Below are positions 17,065 through 25,294 of a stretch of 64,000 nucleotides of DNA, piece by piece (position 1 is the stretch's first letter; every line of letters begins with the position of its first letter). Below the pieces are notes generated by a model, which searched no databases, had not been told where the DNA came from, and saw nothing but the letters and a program-made list of their open reading frames with translations. The translations under genes were made by a program, and so were the position numbers. Location of the stretch: contig JBGPGO010000007.1 in assembly GCA_041483895.1 (NCBI GenBank), positions 128,001 through 192,000 on the forward strand, given 5' to 3'. Source of the stretch: Fimbriimonadia bacterium. GTDB taxonomy: Bacteria; Armatimonadota; Fimbriimonadia; Fimbriimonadales; JABRVX01.

Positions 17065-18783
17065 ATGAACGTCATGAAGACGCGTACCCTGCTTTGTGCG
17101 GCTGTTGGCATCTGTCTGGTGGCAACAGGCTCCGCGCAAAGGTTTTCATCAATCTACAAGTCCGAAAGGTACTTCAACGACAACCCCTTATCGGTCCTCA
17201 AGTCGACCGACCAATATCCGAAAAGTTTGAAGATGGACGAAAGCAACCTCAATGTCAATATCAATCGGCACGTCTATTACTTTTCGGAAGACGGCGGCGC
17301 CAATCCGTCGTTATTCAACAACACCGAGTATTGGAATATTTCAACGGATGTCACGATCAATCATGATCCTGTGGTTTACCGGCAGGAAGCGGGAATCTAC
17401 TTCAACTACAACGGTTGGGACGGCCAGATGATGGTGGCCTCCGACGGCGAAGTCGCTGTCTTCGGCTACATTCTTCCGTTCCACACATTCGGCAACATTT
17501 ATACAGAAGGCACCACGATCCGAATCGGGATTCGCTATTTCAACGATCCCAATGACGGACTCAACAAGCTGGAGTATTACGCCGGGAACAACAGCGTGGT
17601 GTACACACCCGGTAACACGGAACAGGGTTTGCTGGACGGCACGAAGCTAGGCTTCTACGCTCAGGACCGGGGCGATGCAGGCAACCCGACCGAGACTCAC
17701 ATTCGATTCAGCCACATCGTCGCGGGGTTAGATCCCGATCCGTTCGCCAATGTCCAGATCAACGAGAGAGTTTTCAACGACACCCCGGGCAGTGTTTTGA
17801 CAACAACGAACAGCTATCCGGACAGCATTCAGTTCGCCGAAACGGGACTCAACAATGGTCTCAATCGGCACCTTTGGTACTTCTCTCCGAACGGAGTTGA
17901 CGCGAGTCTGTTCGGCAACACGGAGTATTGGAACGTCGCGATGGATGTGACAATCCAGCCGACGCCGAGCGGACCGAGACGCCAGGAAGCCGGCATGTAC
18001 TTCAACTACAACGGCTGGGACGGCCAGTTCATGGTGGCCTCCGATGGGGAGATAGCCATATTTGGCTACATTCTGCCGTTCTACAAGTTCAAGACGACGT
18101 ACGCGGTCGGCACGACGATCACCATAGGGATGCGCTACTTCAACGATCCCTGTGATGGCAAGAACAAGCTGGAATACTACGCAGGCAACGAATCCAAGGT
18201 CGTCACACCGGACAACGGCGAACAAGGACTGTTGACCGGAACCAAATTGGGCGCGTATTGCCAGCATGGCGGCAGCCTGGCCGAGCCGCACGACGTGACC
18301 TCGACCTTTAGCCATATCGTCGGCGTCCACTGGTTCAATTCGACGGCCTCGTCAATCGGTGGCGCGGTATCGCTCGACCTGTTCTCCGGCGATCCAAGCA
18401 TACTTTCCGGTGAGCTCGAGCTCCGAGATCCGGACACCAATGCAGTTCTCAACACCTATGGCGTCACCCTGGAAAGCGATGGCACGTACACGGTTCCTTC
18501 CGTCGTTCCCGGCACATACGACGTCGCCTTCAAGCTGGACCACTTCCTAAGAGAAGTGAGTTCCTCGGTCGAAATTGGCGCCGGCTGCGCAACGGCGGAC
18601 TTCAATCAAATCAACGGAGATGCGGACGGCAACAATCAGGTCGCCCTCCCGGACCTCAACCAACTGTTCATCAACTTCGCTTCCACCACCGAACCCGGTT
18701 CGGATCTGGATGGAAGCGGACAAGTGGACCTGGGAGACATCAATGCCGTCTTCCTGAACTTTGCCATGGTTGGAGCGCCTTAG
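17065..18783 (+). CDS. Secreted protein with two tandem ~200-aa unknown domains and a C-terminal beta-sandwich plus dockerin-like Ca-binding module
   Basis: Signal peptide; ERYFND and ERVFND repeats 600 nt apart; NGDADGNNQVALPDL..DLDGSGQVDLGD. Confidence 0.85.
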   Translation: MNVMKTRTLLCAAVGICLVATGSAQRFSSIYKSERYFNDNPLSVLKSTDQYPKSLKMDESNLNVNINRHVYYFSEDGGANPSLFNNTEYWNISTDVTINHDPVVYRQEAGIYFNYNGWDGQMMVASDGEVAVFGYILPFHTFGNIYTEGTTIRIGIRYFNDPNDGLNKLEYYAGNNSVVYTPGNTEQGLLDGTKLGFYAQDRGDAGNPTETHIRFSHIVAGLDPDPFANVQINERVFNDTPGSVLTTTNSYPDSIQFAETGLNNGLNRHLWYFSPNGVDASLFGNTEYWNVAMDVTIQPTPSGPRRQEAGMYFNYNGWDGQFMVASDGEIAIFGYILPFYKFKTTYAVGTTITIGMRYFNDPCDGKNKLEYYAGNESKVVTPDNGEQGLLTGTKLGAYCQHGGSLAEPHDVTSTFSHIVGVHWFNSTASSIGGAVSLDLFSGDPSILSGELELRDPDTNAVLNTYGVTLESDGTYTVPSVVPGTYDVAFKLDHFLREVSSSVEIGAGCATADFNQINGDADGNNQVALPDLNQLFINFASTTEPGSDLDGSGQVDLGDINAVFLNFAMVGAP

Positions 18784-18808
18784 GCGTCACCATACTTCGC
18801 TAGTGACT

Positions 18809-18845
18809 AGCCCCCGGCCATGAAGCAATGGCTGGGGGCTTTCTT
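18809..18845 (+). terminator. Intrinsic terminator
   Basis: AGCCCCCGGCCAT-loop-ATGGCTGGGGGCT followed by TTCTT. Confidence 0.7.
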
Positions 18846-18864
18846 GAGCCTGGAATACGAACGA

Positions 18865-18887
18865 ACCCCGGCGGATACCGCCGGGGT
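18865..18887 (-). terminator. Hairpin ending the lacI-prepilin transcript
   Basis: ACCCCGGCGG-ATA-CCGCCGGGGT. Confidence 0.55.
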
Positions 18888-18909
18888 CGTCGGACCGGAC
18901 GCTGCGAAT

Positions 18910-19656
18910 CTAGAATGGAAGGGAATTACAGAATGTGTCGAGCCAGGGAATCGATGTCGGCGAGCCGTTGATATCGTAGACCCATTGGCCGCGCGTGTAT
19001 TGCCACATGTTTTCCGCATTATCCGGCTGGCAGGTCAGTCGGAGAGGGATGTTTTTCGAGTGGCCATCCATGAAGAGTGTGACCATGGAGCGATCATCAC
19101 GGCGGCCGCCACCCCAGTTCGGGATGTTCCAACCGCCTTTTCCGTTGTAGAGATACTCAATCCATGGACCGTAGTCCGGGTACACGTCCTTGTTTTCCGC
19201 AACGACAATCGCTTTCGCCGGTTCGTGGACGGACCGAGCGGTGTAATTGGCCACGTCCTGCCAATTCCCGGTTTTGAAGAACGGTCTGTAGTAAAAGTAA
19301 CCGCGATAGAAGCGTGGTTTTACCGGGTTTGTCATAACGGCTTGCTCATCGAAGATGCGCGCGCCCGGATTCAGAGGATCCTTGAAAACTTCGGCGCTTT
19401 TCGCGTACGGCTGCAAACCGTGCTTCCAACTCCGGCGCCCGTCATCGTCTCGGATCTTGAACATGACGCCGTTCTGATCGTCCACGTACATCTGAATTGC
19501 GGTGCCGATCTGCTTCATGTTCGAGATGGTAACTGTTCCCATCGCGGAAACCCGCGCGCTGGCAAACACTGGGAAAAGAATGGCTGCCAGAATGGCAATG
19601 ATAGCGATTACCACGAGAAGCTCGATGAGAGTAAAGGCCTTTTTATTCAATTTCAT
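18910..19656 (-). CDS. Prepilin-type N-methylation domain protein (DUF1559-like)
   Basis: KKAFTLIELLVVIAIIAILAAILFPVF, SNMKQIG and LFMDGHSK. Confidence 0.92.
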   Translation of the reverse strand: MKLNKKAFTLIELLVVIAIIAILAAILFPVFASARVSAMGTVTISNMKQIGTAIQMYVDDQNGVMFKIRDDDGRRSWKHGLQPYAKSAEVFKDPLNPGARIFDEQAVMTNPVKPRFYRGYFYYRPFFKTGNWQDVANYTARSVHEPAKAIVVAENKDVYPDYGPWIEYLYNGKGGWNIPNWGGGRRDDRSMVTLFMDGHSKNIPLRLTCQPDNAENMWQYTRGQWVYDINGSPTSIPWLDTFCNSLPF

Positions 19657-19672
19657 TCGATCACCTCAAGAC

Positions 19673-20707
19673 TTAGCTTGTATAAAGTTCGGGACGGCTG
19701 GTCGAGCCCCGCACGTCAATCGCGAGCGGGAAGACGACCTGCAAGTGGTCTACGGGTTGTTTATGAACAATCGAGGCCAGCAGGATGGTTGCCCGCCTCG
19801 CCATATCTCGAATCGGTTGACGAATACTGGTTAGTTTCGGGTCGACCCGATCGCATGAATCCGTGCTGTCAAACCCCACGATTGACACGTCCTTGGGAAC
19901 CGCCAGACCCAGTTCGCACAGTAGCCGCAGGCAGTTGAACGCCACGTCATCGGACCAGACAAAAAGCGCCGTCGGTCGGTCCTTGCGGTTCATCAAATCG
20001 ATGAGCGCCCCAGTGTTCGAAGAAGGGGTTTCCATCGTGACAACCATCTCCGGATCGAACGGCAACGACGCCTCCTCAAGGGCGCTTCGAAAGCCATGCA
20101 GGCGATCCGTGGAACTCCGCGACCCGTGCGGTCCCCGAATCATACCAAGCCGCTTGTGCCCAAGTGAAATCAAGTGTTCGGCCGCCAGCCGGCCGCCAGA
20201 ATAGTTATCGGCATCCACAAAGGGTACGTCCGGATCGTCGGTCCGCGTGAAAAACAGAACGCTCGGAAACTTGCGGTTCAACAGGTCCAGCTGTGTTTGA
20301 TCGTCGACGTCTCGCAGAACCAAAGCGCCGTCCACACGGCCATCGGAGATCACATCGGCTTCGCTCCCCGCGCCGTTTACGGCTTTCGTGTGGAGCAGCA
20401 GGTCCATCCCAGTCTCCACGCATCCCTCGCACACGCCGTGCATCGCCTCGGCAATGAAATTCGACCACGATGAAAAGTAGGTGGCATACTGAAAAACGAC
20501 GGCGATCGTATCGGTCTTCTGTTTCAAAAGCATCTTTGCCAACGCGTTGGGCCGATAGCCTAACTCGCGGGCGACCTCAATCACCCGTTCTTCCGTGCCG
20601 GCACTGATGCGCGCCTCTGTTGCCCTGCCGTTCAGGACGTAGCTGACGGTGACCTTGCTGACCCCGGCAAGGCGTGCCACATCCTCAATCGTATTTCTCT
20701 TCTCCAT
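19673..20707 (-). CDS. LacI family transcriptional regulator
   Basis: TIEDVARLAGVSKVTVSYVLN, YRPN, VPKDVSIVGFD and LTSIRQP. Confidence 0.95.
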   Translation of the reverse strand: MEKRNTIEDVARLAGVSKVTVSYVLNGRATEARISAGTEERVIEVARELGYRPNALAKMLLKQKTDTIAVVFQYATYFSSWSNFIAEAMHGVCEGCVETGMDLLLHTKAVNGAGSEADVISDGRVDGALVLRDVDDQTQLDLLNRKFPSVLFFTRTDDPDVPFVDADNYSGGRLAAEHLISLGHKRLGMIRGPHGSRSSTDRLHGFRSALEEASLPFDPEMVVTMETPSSNTGALIDLMNRKDRPTALFVWSDDVAFNCLRLLCELGLAVPKDVSIVGFDSTDSCDRVDPKLTSIRQPIRDMARRATILLASIVHKQPVDHLQVVFPLAIDVRGSTSRPELYTS

Positions 20708-20712
20708 CGTTG

Positions 20713-20726
20713 CTGAAACCTTTCAC
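20713..20726. promoter_or_regulatory. LacI-type operator CTGAAACCTTTCAC (autoregulatory)
   Basis: Immediately upstream of the lacI ATG. Confidence 0.75.
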
Positions 20727-20846
20727 CTAAAGTGTAACATACTGTCGGGTCGTGCCGTTATTCTCTGTAGCGATTCCGAATAAACACGTAATTATACCAG
20801 GCTATCTCCCGATAGTTACGAGATGGTCCTGGAGCTACAATCAGTG

Positions 20847-20860
20847 CTGAATGGTTTCAG
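20847..20860. promoter_or_regulatory. LacI-type operator CTGAATGGTTTCAG
   Basis: Between a TACAAT -10 and the GGAG RBS of the 66-aa ORF. Confidence 0.7.
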
Positions 20861-20876
20861 TTTGGAGAATTGAGCG

Positions 20877-21077
20877 ATGAGAAAAGAAATTCCAGCGAAA
20901 ACGATGGCAGTCATCGGCGTTTTGATCGTCGCCGTCTTGGGAATCCTCGTTTGGCAAGTTTTCTTCAAGTCGGGGCCTACGAGTCCAGCAGAGATCGGAA
21001 TCGGCGCGCCTGCGCTTCCGGGTGGCGGCACCGTCTCTCCCGGCAGTGGCAGCAACCCGAACGGGTCTGGAAAGTAA
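20877..21077 (+). CDS. Small single-pass membrane protein with a Gly/Pro tail
   Basis: GGAG RBS, own operator, MRKEIP then one TM helix. Confidence 0.7.
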   Translation: MRKEIPAKTMAVIGVLIVAVLGILVWQVFFKSGPTSPAEIGIGAPALPGGGTVSPGSGSNPNGSGK

Positions 21078-21231
21078 AGCGAGTCAACCGGCCGTTACTA
21101 TGGGCTTGGCCCTAGGCTCCTTGGCGGAGAGTCGTTCAATCGAATCTCCCATTCGGTTGGCACGGCACTTAACTTCGTTCGTCAAAGGTATTGTAGAATG
21201 CCGGGTATTGGTTGTAATCAGGGGAGGGGAC

Positions 21232-22245
21232 ATGGACGAGCAGGCTCACTTGGCGCAGTTAGACCAGATTCGACAGCAGTATGAGACGCTGCTCGAGGAA
21301 GTTCACAAAGTTATCATTGGCCAAGACGATGTTGTCCGCCATCTGGTGAGCGCGCTCTTTGCGAAGGGACATTGTATCGTCATTGGCGTGCCCGGCCTTG
21401 CGAAAACCCTTCTTGTGAAAACCCTGGCCCAATGCCTTTCCTGGGACTTCAAACGCATTCAGTTCACTCCCGACCTGATGCCCAGCGACATCATCGGCAC
21501 GGAGATTCTGGACACCGACCCGGCAAGCGGCGGACGCTCTCTTCGTTTCGTCCGGGGTCCGGTCTTCGCCAATGTCATCCTCGCTGACGAAATCAACCGC
21601 ACTCCGCCGAAAACTCAAAGCGCCCTTCTGGAGGCGATGCAGGAGTATGCCGTTACCGTTGCGGGCCACACGATGCCGCTCGACCCGCCGTTCTTCGTCG
21701 TCGCCACGCAAAACCCGATCGAGCAGGAAGGCACCTATCCATTGCCCGAAGCCCAGCTTGACCGGTTTATGTACAGCCTCTACATCGATTACCCCACCGC
21801 CGAGGAAGAGGAAGCGATCGCCGAAAGCACGACGACGAACGAAGTGCCGGAAGCAGGGACCGTGTTCACCAAGGAGGAACTGCTGAACGCCCAGCGGTTG
21901 GTGCGTGAGATTCCCGTCTCGCCGCACGTAGTCAAATACGCCGTCTCCCTCGCCCGTGCCAGCCGGCCCGGTTCTCCGGAAGCGCCATCGATGATCAAGA
22001 AATACTCGCAATGGGGCGCCGGTCCGCGCGCCGCCCAATACCTGCTGCTGGGAGGCAAGGCATTTGCCGTCATGCAAGGCAAACCAACGCCGACCGCCGC
22101 CGACCTGCGCCAGATCGCCCCGCTGGTTCTGCGCCACCGAATCATCCCCAACTACGCCGCGGTTGCCGACGGAATCACCGCCGCACACCTCGTCCAGGAC
22201 CTTTTGCACAATGTGCGGGAGCCCGCGTATGCAACCGAAGGATGA
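21232..22245 (+). CDS. MoxR family AAA+ ATPase
   Basis: GVPGLAKT, RIQFTPDLMPSD, DEINRTPPKTQSALLEAM and LPEAQLDRF. Confidence 0.95.
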   Translation: MDEQAHLAQLDQIRQQYETLLEEVHKVIIGQDDVVRHLVSALFAKGHCIVIGVPGLAKTLLVKTLAQCLSWDFKRIQFTPDLMPSDIIGTEILDTDPASGGRSLRFVRGPVFANVILADEINRTPPKTQSALLEAMQEYAVTVAGHTMPLDPPFFVVATQNPIEQEGTYPLPEAQLDRFMYSLYIDYPTAEEEEAIAESTTTNEVPEAGTVFTKEELLNAQRLVREIPVSPHVVKYAVSLARASRPGSPEAPSMIKKYSQWGAGPRAAQYLLLGGKAFAVMQGKPTPTAADLRQIAPLVLRHRIIPNYAAVADGITAAHLVQDLLHNVREPAYATEG

Positions 22246-23164
22246 GATCCCCTCGACTTCGCTCGGGGCAGGTGGCACTGGGCGGCGCTTCCTCCAACCC
22301 GCGGACCTAAAGCGTCTGCAAAATTTGCAGTTCGCCGCGAAATTGATCGTCGAGGGCTATTTCCAGGGCAAGCACCGCTCGCCCTATTACGACTTCTCTT
22401 CAGAATTCGCCGACTATCGCCCCTACACGCCGGGCGACGAAATCCGTGCCATTGATTGGAGGGCCTTCGCGCGCACGGATCGCTTCTATATCAAGCTGTA
22501 TCGCAAAGAGACCGACATGAACTGCTGCGTCCTCGTGGACAAGAGCAATTCCATGGCATTTCGCGGCAGCTCGCCCCTTACGAAGCTCGAATATGCCAAT
22601 TTCCTCGCGGCCGCCCTGTCCTATTTAATGATAATGCAGGGGGACAAGACCGGCCTGGCGCTCTGCGACGACAAAATGTCCGGCTTCGTGCCCGCCGGCG
22701 GCACCATGCGAACGCTCCAGCAAATGCTGGTGACATTGGAGCGCGCCACCCCCGGCGGCCCGACGAAGCTCGCGGAAGGCCTTCGCGTGCTGTTCAGCCT
22801 GCTGAAGCGCAAGGGTCTTCTTGTCGTGATCTCCGATTTCCTGGACGACACGAGCGAGGTCTTTTCCGCCCTCAGCATGTTCGCGCATAAGGGCTTTGCT
22901 ATCTTGCTCTTTCACGTCCTGACCGATGACGAAATGAATCTTCCGCTGGTCAGCAACGCGTTGTTTCAAGACATGGAATCGCCCGCGTCCGTTTCCGTGG
23001 AGCCGGAACCGATCCGTGCGGCCTATCAGGAGGAGATGCGCGGGTTCATTGCGGAGATGGAATCGAACGCGAAGGCACGCAGAATGCACTACCAGCTTGC
23101 CACGACAGCCGAACCGTATACCAGAGCTCTCGAAGCCTATCTGACGGCAAGGGCCAGGCTATAA
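22229..23164 (+). CDS. DUF58 / vWA protein
   Basis: GKHRS, EFADYRPYTPGDEIRAIDW, DKSNSM and VISDF. Confidence 0.92.
   Translation: MQPKDEIPSTSLGAGGTGRRFLQPADLKRLQNLQFAAKLIVEGYFQGKHRSPYYDFSSEFADYRPYTPGDEIRAIDWRAFARTDRFYIKLYRKETDMNCCVLVDKSNSMAFRGSSPLTKLEYANFLAAALSYLMIMQGDKTGLALCDDKMSGFVPAGGTMRTLQQMLVTLERATPGGPTKLAEGLRVLFSLLKRKGLLVVISDFLDDTSEVFSALSMFAHKGFAILLFHVLTDDEMNLPLVSNALFQDMESPASVSVEPEPIRAAYQEEMRGFIAEMESNAKARRMHYQLATTAEPYTRALEAYLTARARL
22247..22272 (+). repeat. Family-B palindromic element in the DUF58 N-terminus
   Basis: ATCCCCTCGACTTCGCTCGGGGCAGG encoding IPSTSLGAG. Confidence 0.75.
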
Positions 23165-25294
23165 ATGTTCTCGTTGCTAAACGCCGGCCTGTGGCCTTGG
23201 ATTGCGGCAGCGTCCGTGCCGCTGGTGATCCATTTGTTGACCCGCCGTACTCGCAGACGGATGGACCTGCCGACGGTGAAGTTTCTGCAGCGCACGCTCG
23301 CCCATCAGAGCCGCATCTTTCGCTGGCGGCATTGGCTGCTGCTTGCCCTTCGCACGCTGGCGATTGCCGCGCTGGTTGTGGCCTTCCTGCGCCCAGCCTT
23401 GCTGAGTCCGTTGGCGGCGCAGGGTTTCGAGCGATCCGGCGTGGTTATCGTCCTCGATGTGAGCGAGAGCATGGCCTACTCGTCCGGTGGTGTGAGCTCG
23501 CTGGCGAAAGCGAAAAGCCAGGCGCTCAGCGTTCTGCAAGACTTGCGGGCCGGCGACCATGCGAACATAGTTTTCTGCGGCGCTCAGCCAACATCCGCCC
23601 AGCCGTCGCCAACCACCGACATCGCCGCTCTTCAGACGAGCGTTCGTTCCATGGAAGCGACCGACGAACGGGCAGACGCGGCGTCGGCAATCAATGTGGC
23701 GGTCGAGCAGTTGGGAAAGACAAATAGTCGGGCCAAGCGGCTCTATATCATCTCCGATTTCCAGCGAACCAACTGGTCGGATGTCAAGTTTGACGCGGTG
23801 CCCGCCGATGCGAGGGTGCTGTTCGTCAGCGTGGATTCGACCGCGCGCCAAAATGCCGGATTGACCGGTCTCAAAATCCGCCCCTCAACTCCGTGCGTCG
23901 GCGAGCCGCTGACGGTGCAGGCCGAGGTATTCAACTCTTCCTCCTCGCCCCGCACGGTGCCGGTCACATTCACCCTATCGGATCCCTCGGCTCCGCTCGG
24001 GACAGGCAGCCGCAACTTCTCGGACAGCGTTCAGCTCGCCCCCTATTCCAGCGGGAACGTTAGCCTGCCGCTCACCTTCGACGCGCCGCAGCGGATGGAG
24101 TGCACAGCCACGCTGCCGCAGGACAATCTGGCCGGCGATAACACACGGCGACTCGTCATCGATCTTGGCCGCATGGCAACCGTTTTGCTGATCACCGACG
24201 AGGACACCAACGCCACCACGAGCGCGGCCTACTATCTGGTTCGTGCCCTCCATCCGGACCCCGGTTCGGTCGCCGGCTTCCGGGTCTTGCCCGTCCATTC
24301 GAACGCGGTCAATAACCCGATGCTGAAGGCGGCGGACGCCGTGATGGTTTGCAATGCGCCGAGCATGCCGCCCGTCCAACTGGAGGTCCTCGCGAAGTAT
24401 GCGGTCTCCGGCGGCAGCCTGGTCTGGTTTCTGTACGGCGACCGTGTGGCCGAGCAGATCAAGGGGCTGAGCGCCCAGTTGCCCAAGTCGGAACCCGCGC
24501 CGCTACAGGTGGAGGGGATCGCGAACGTCCAAAGCCGGGCCAAGGGATTTGTGACGCTATCCGAGGCGCGATACGAGAGCAAGCTGCTGAAGGCGTTTCG
24601 CGATCTCACTGCGTCAGATCTCGGCCATATCAAGTTCTACAAATTCAGCCTGACGAGCGAGGTGCAGCCGCGCGCTGAATTGCTGCTGAAATTTGAGGAC
24701 GGGACGGCGGCGGCGGTCCGGTGCGGGGAGGGCAGCGGCAACCTGTTGCTTCTCAACATGTCCCCCGCGCCGTCCTGGAGCGACCTTGCAAGGCAACAGA
24801 TATTTTTGCCGCTCATGCACGAATTTCTTAAAGGAATCCTCGCCAAAGATTCCGGTGCTTTGGAAGCGTTTCCCGGCGGCACGGCCTCCACCACGATTGA
24901 GCCGACATCCGCCACTCTTACGTGCGTCGATCCGCTTGGACAGGTAGTGCCGGTAACCATGGACAAGACGACCGGCTCCATCGTGATCGATCCGGCGCGT
25001 CGGGCGGGTATCTACCACTTGACCGCGGGCGCGCAAGAGGTGGCCGCTCTCGCCGTCAACCCGCACCCGGACGAGTCCGATCTCCGCTCAATTGATCCGC
25101 GCGAACTTGAGTCGCAGCGGGAGAAGTCCCGCTCCTATCTCACCGGCTCGACAGGCAATGACCCGGACGTCAGCGATCTCGACAAGGGCACGCCGATCTG
25201 GCACTATCTGCTGATATTCGCGATTGCAGCACTGTTCGCGGAGCAGGCCGTTGGCCGCGTGGGCGTGCGATCGCGCAAGGGGAAGACGGCATGA
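23165..25294 (+). CDS. BatA-domain / vWA membrane protein
   Basis: PLVIHLL..LLLALR N-terminus; DVSES MIDAS; ESDL and a C-terminal TM. Confidence 0.88.
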   Translation: MFSLLNAGLWPWIAAASVPLVIHLLTRRTRRRMDLPTVKFLQRTLAHQSRIFRWRHWLLLALRTLAIAALVVAFLRPALLSPLAAQGFERSGVVIVLDVSESMAYSSGGVSSLAKAKSQALSVLQDLRAGDHANIVFCGAQPTSAQPSPTTDIAALQTSVRSMEATDERADAASAINVAVEQLGKTNSRAKRLYIISDFQRTNWSDVKFDAVPADARVLFVSVDSTARQNAGLTGLKIRPSTPCVGEPLTVQAEVFNSSSSPRTVPVTFTLSDPSAPLGTGSRNFSDSVQLAPYSSGNVSLPLTFDAPQRMECTATLPQDNLAGDNTRRLVIDLGRMATVLLITDEDTNATTSAAYYLVRALHPDPGSVAGFRVLPVHSNAVNNPMLKAADAVMVCNAPSMPPVQLEVLAKYAVSGGSLVWFLYGDRVAEQIKGLSAQLPKSEPAPLQVEGIANVQSRAKGFVTLSEARYESKLLKAFRDLTASDLGHIKFYKFSLTSEVQPRAELLLKFEDGTAAAVRCGEGSGNLLLLNMSPAPSWSDLARQQIFLPLMHEFLKGILAKDSGALEAFPGGTASTTIEPTSATLTCVDPLGQVVPVTMDKTTGSIVIDPARRAGIYHLTAGAQEVAALAVNPHPDESDLRSIDPRELESQREKSRSYLTGSTGNDPDVSDLDKGTPIWHYLLIFAIAALFAEQAVGRVGVRSRKGKTA
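23981..24006 (+). repeat. Family-B palindromic element in frame within the BatA gene
   Basis: GATCCCTCGGCTCCGCTCGGGACAGG encoding DPSAPLGTG. Confidence 0.75.
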
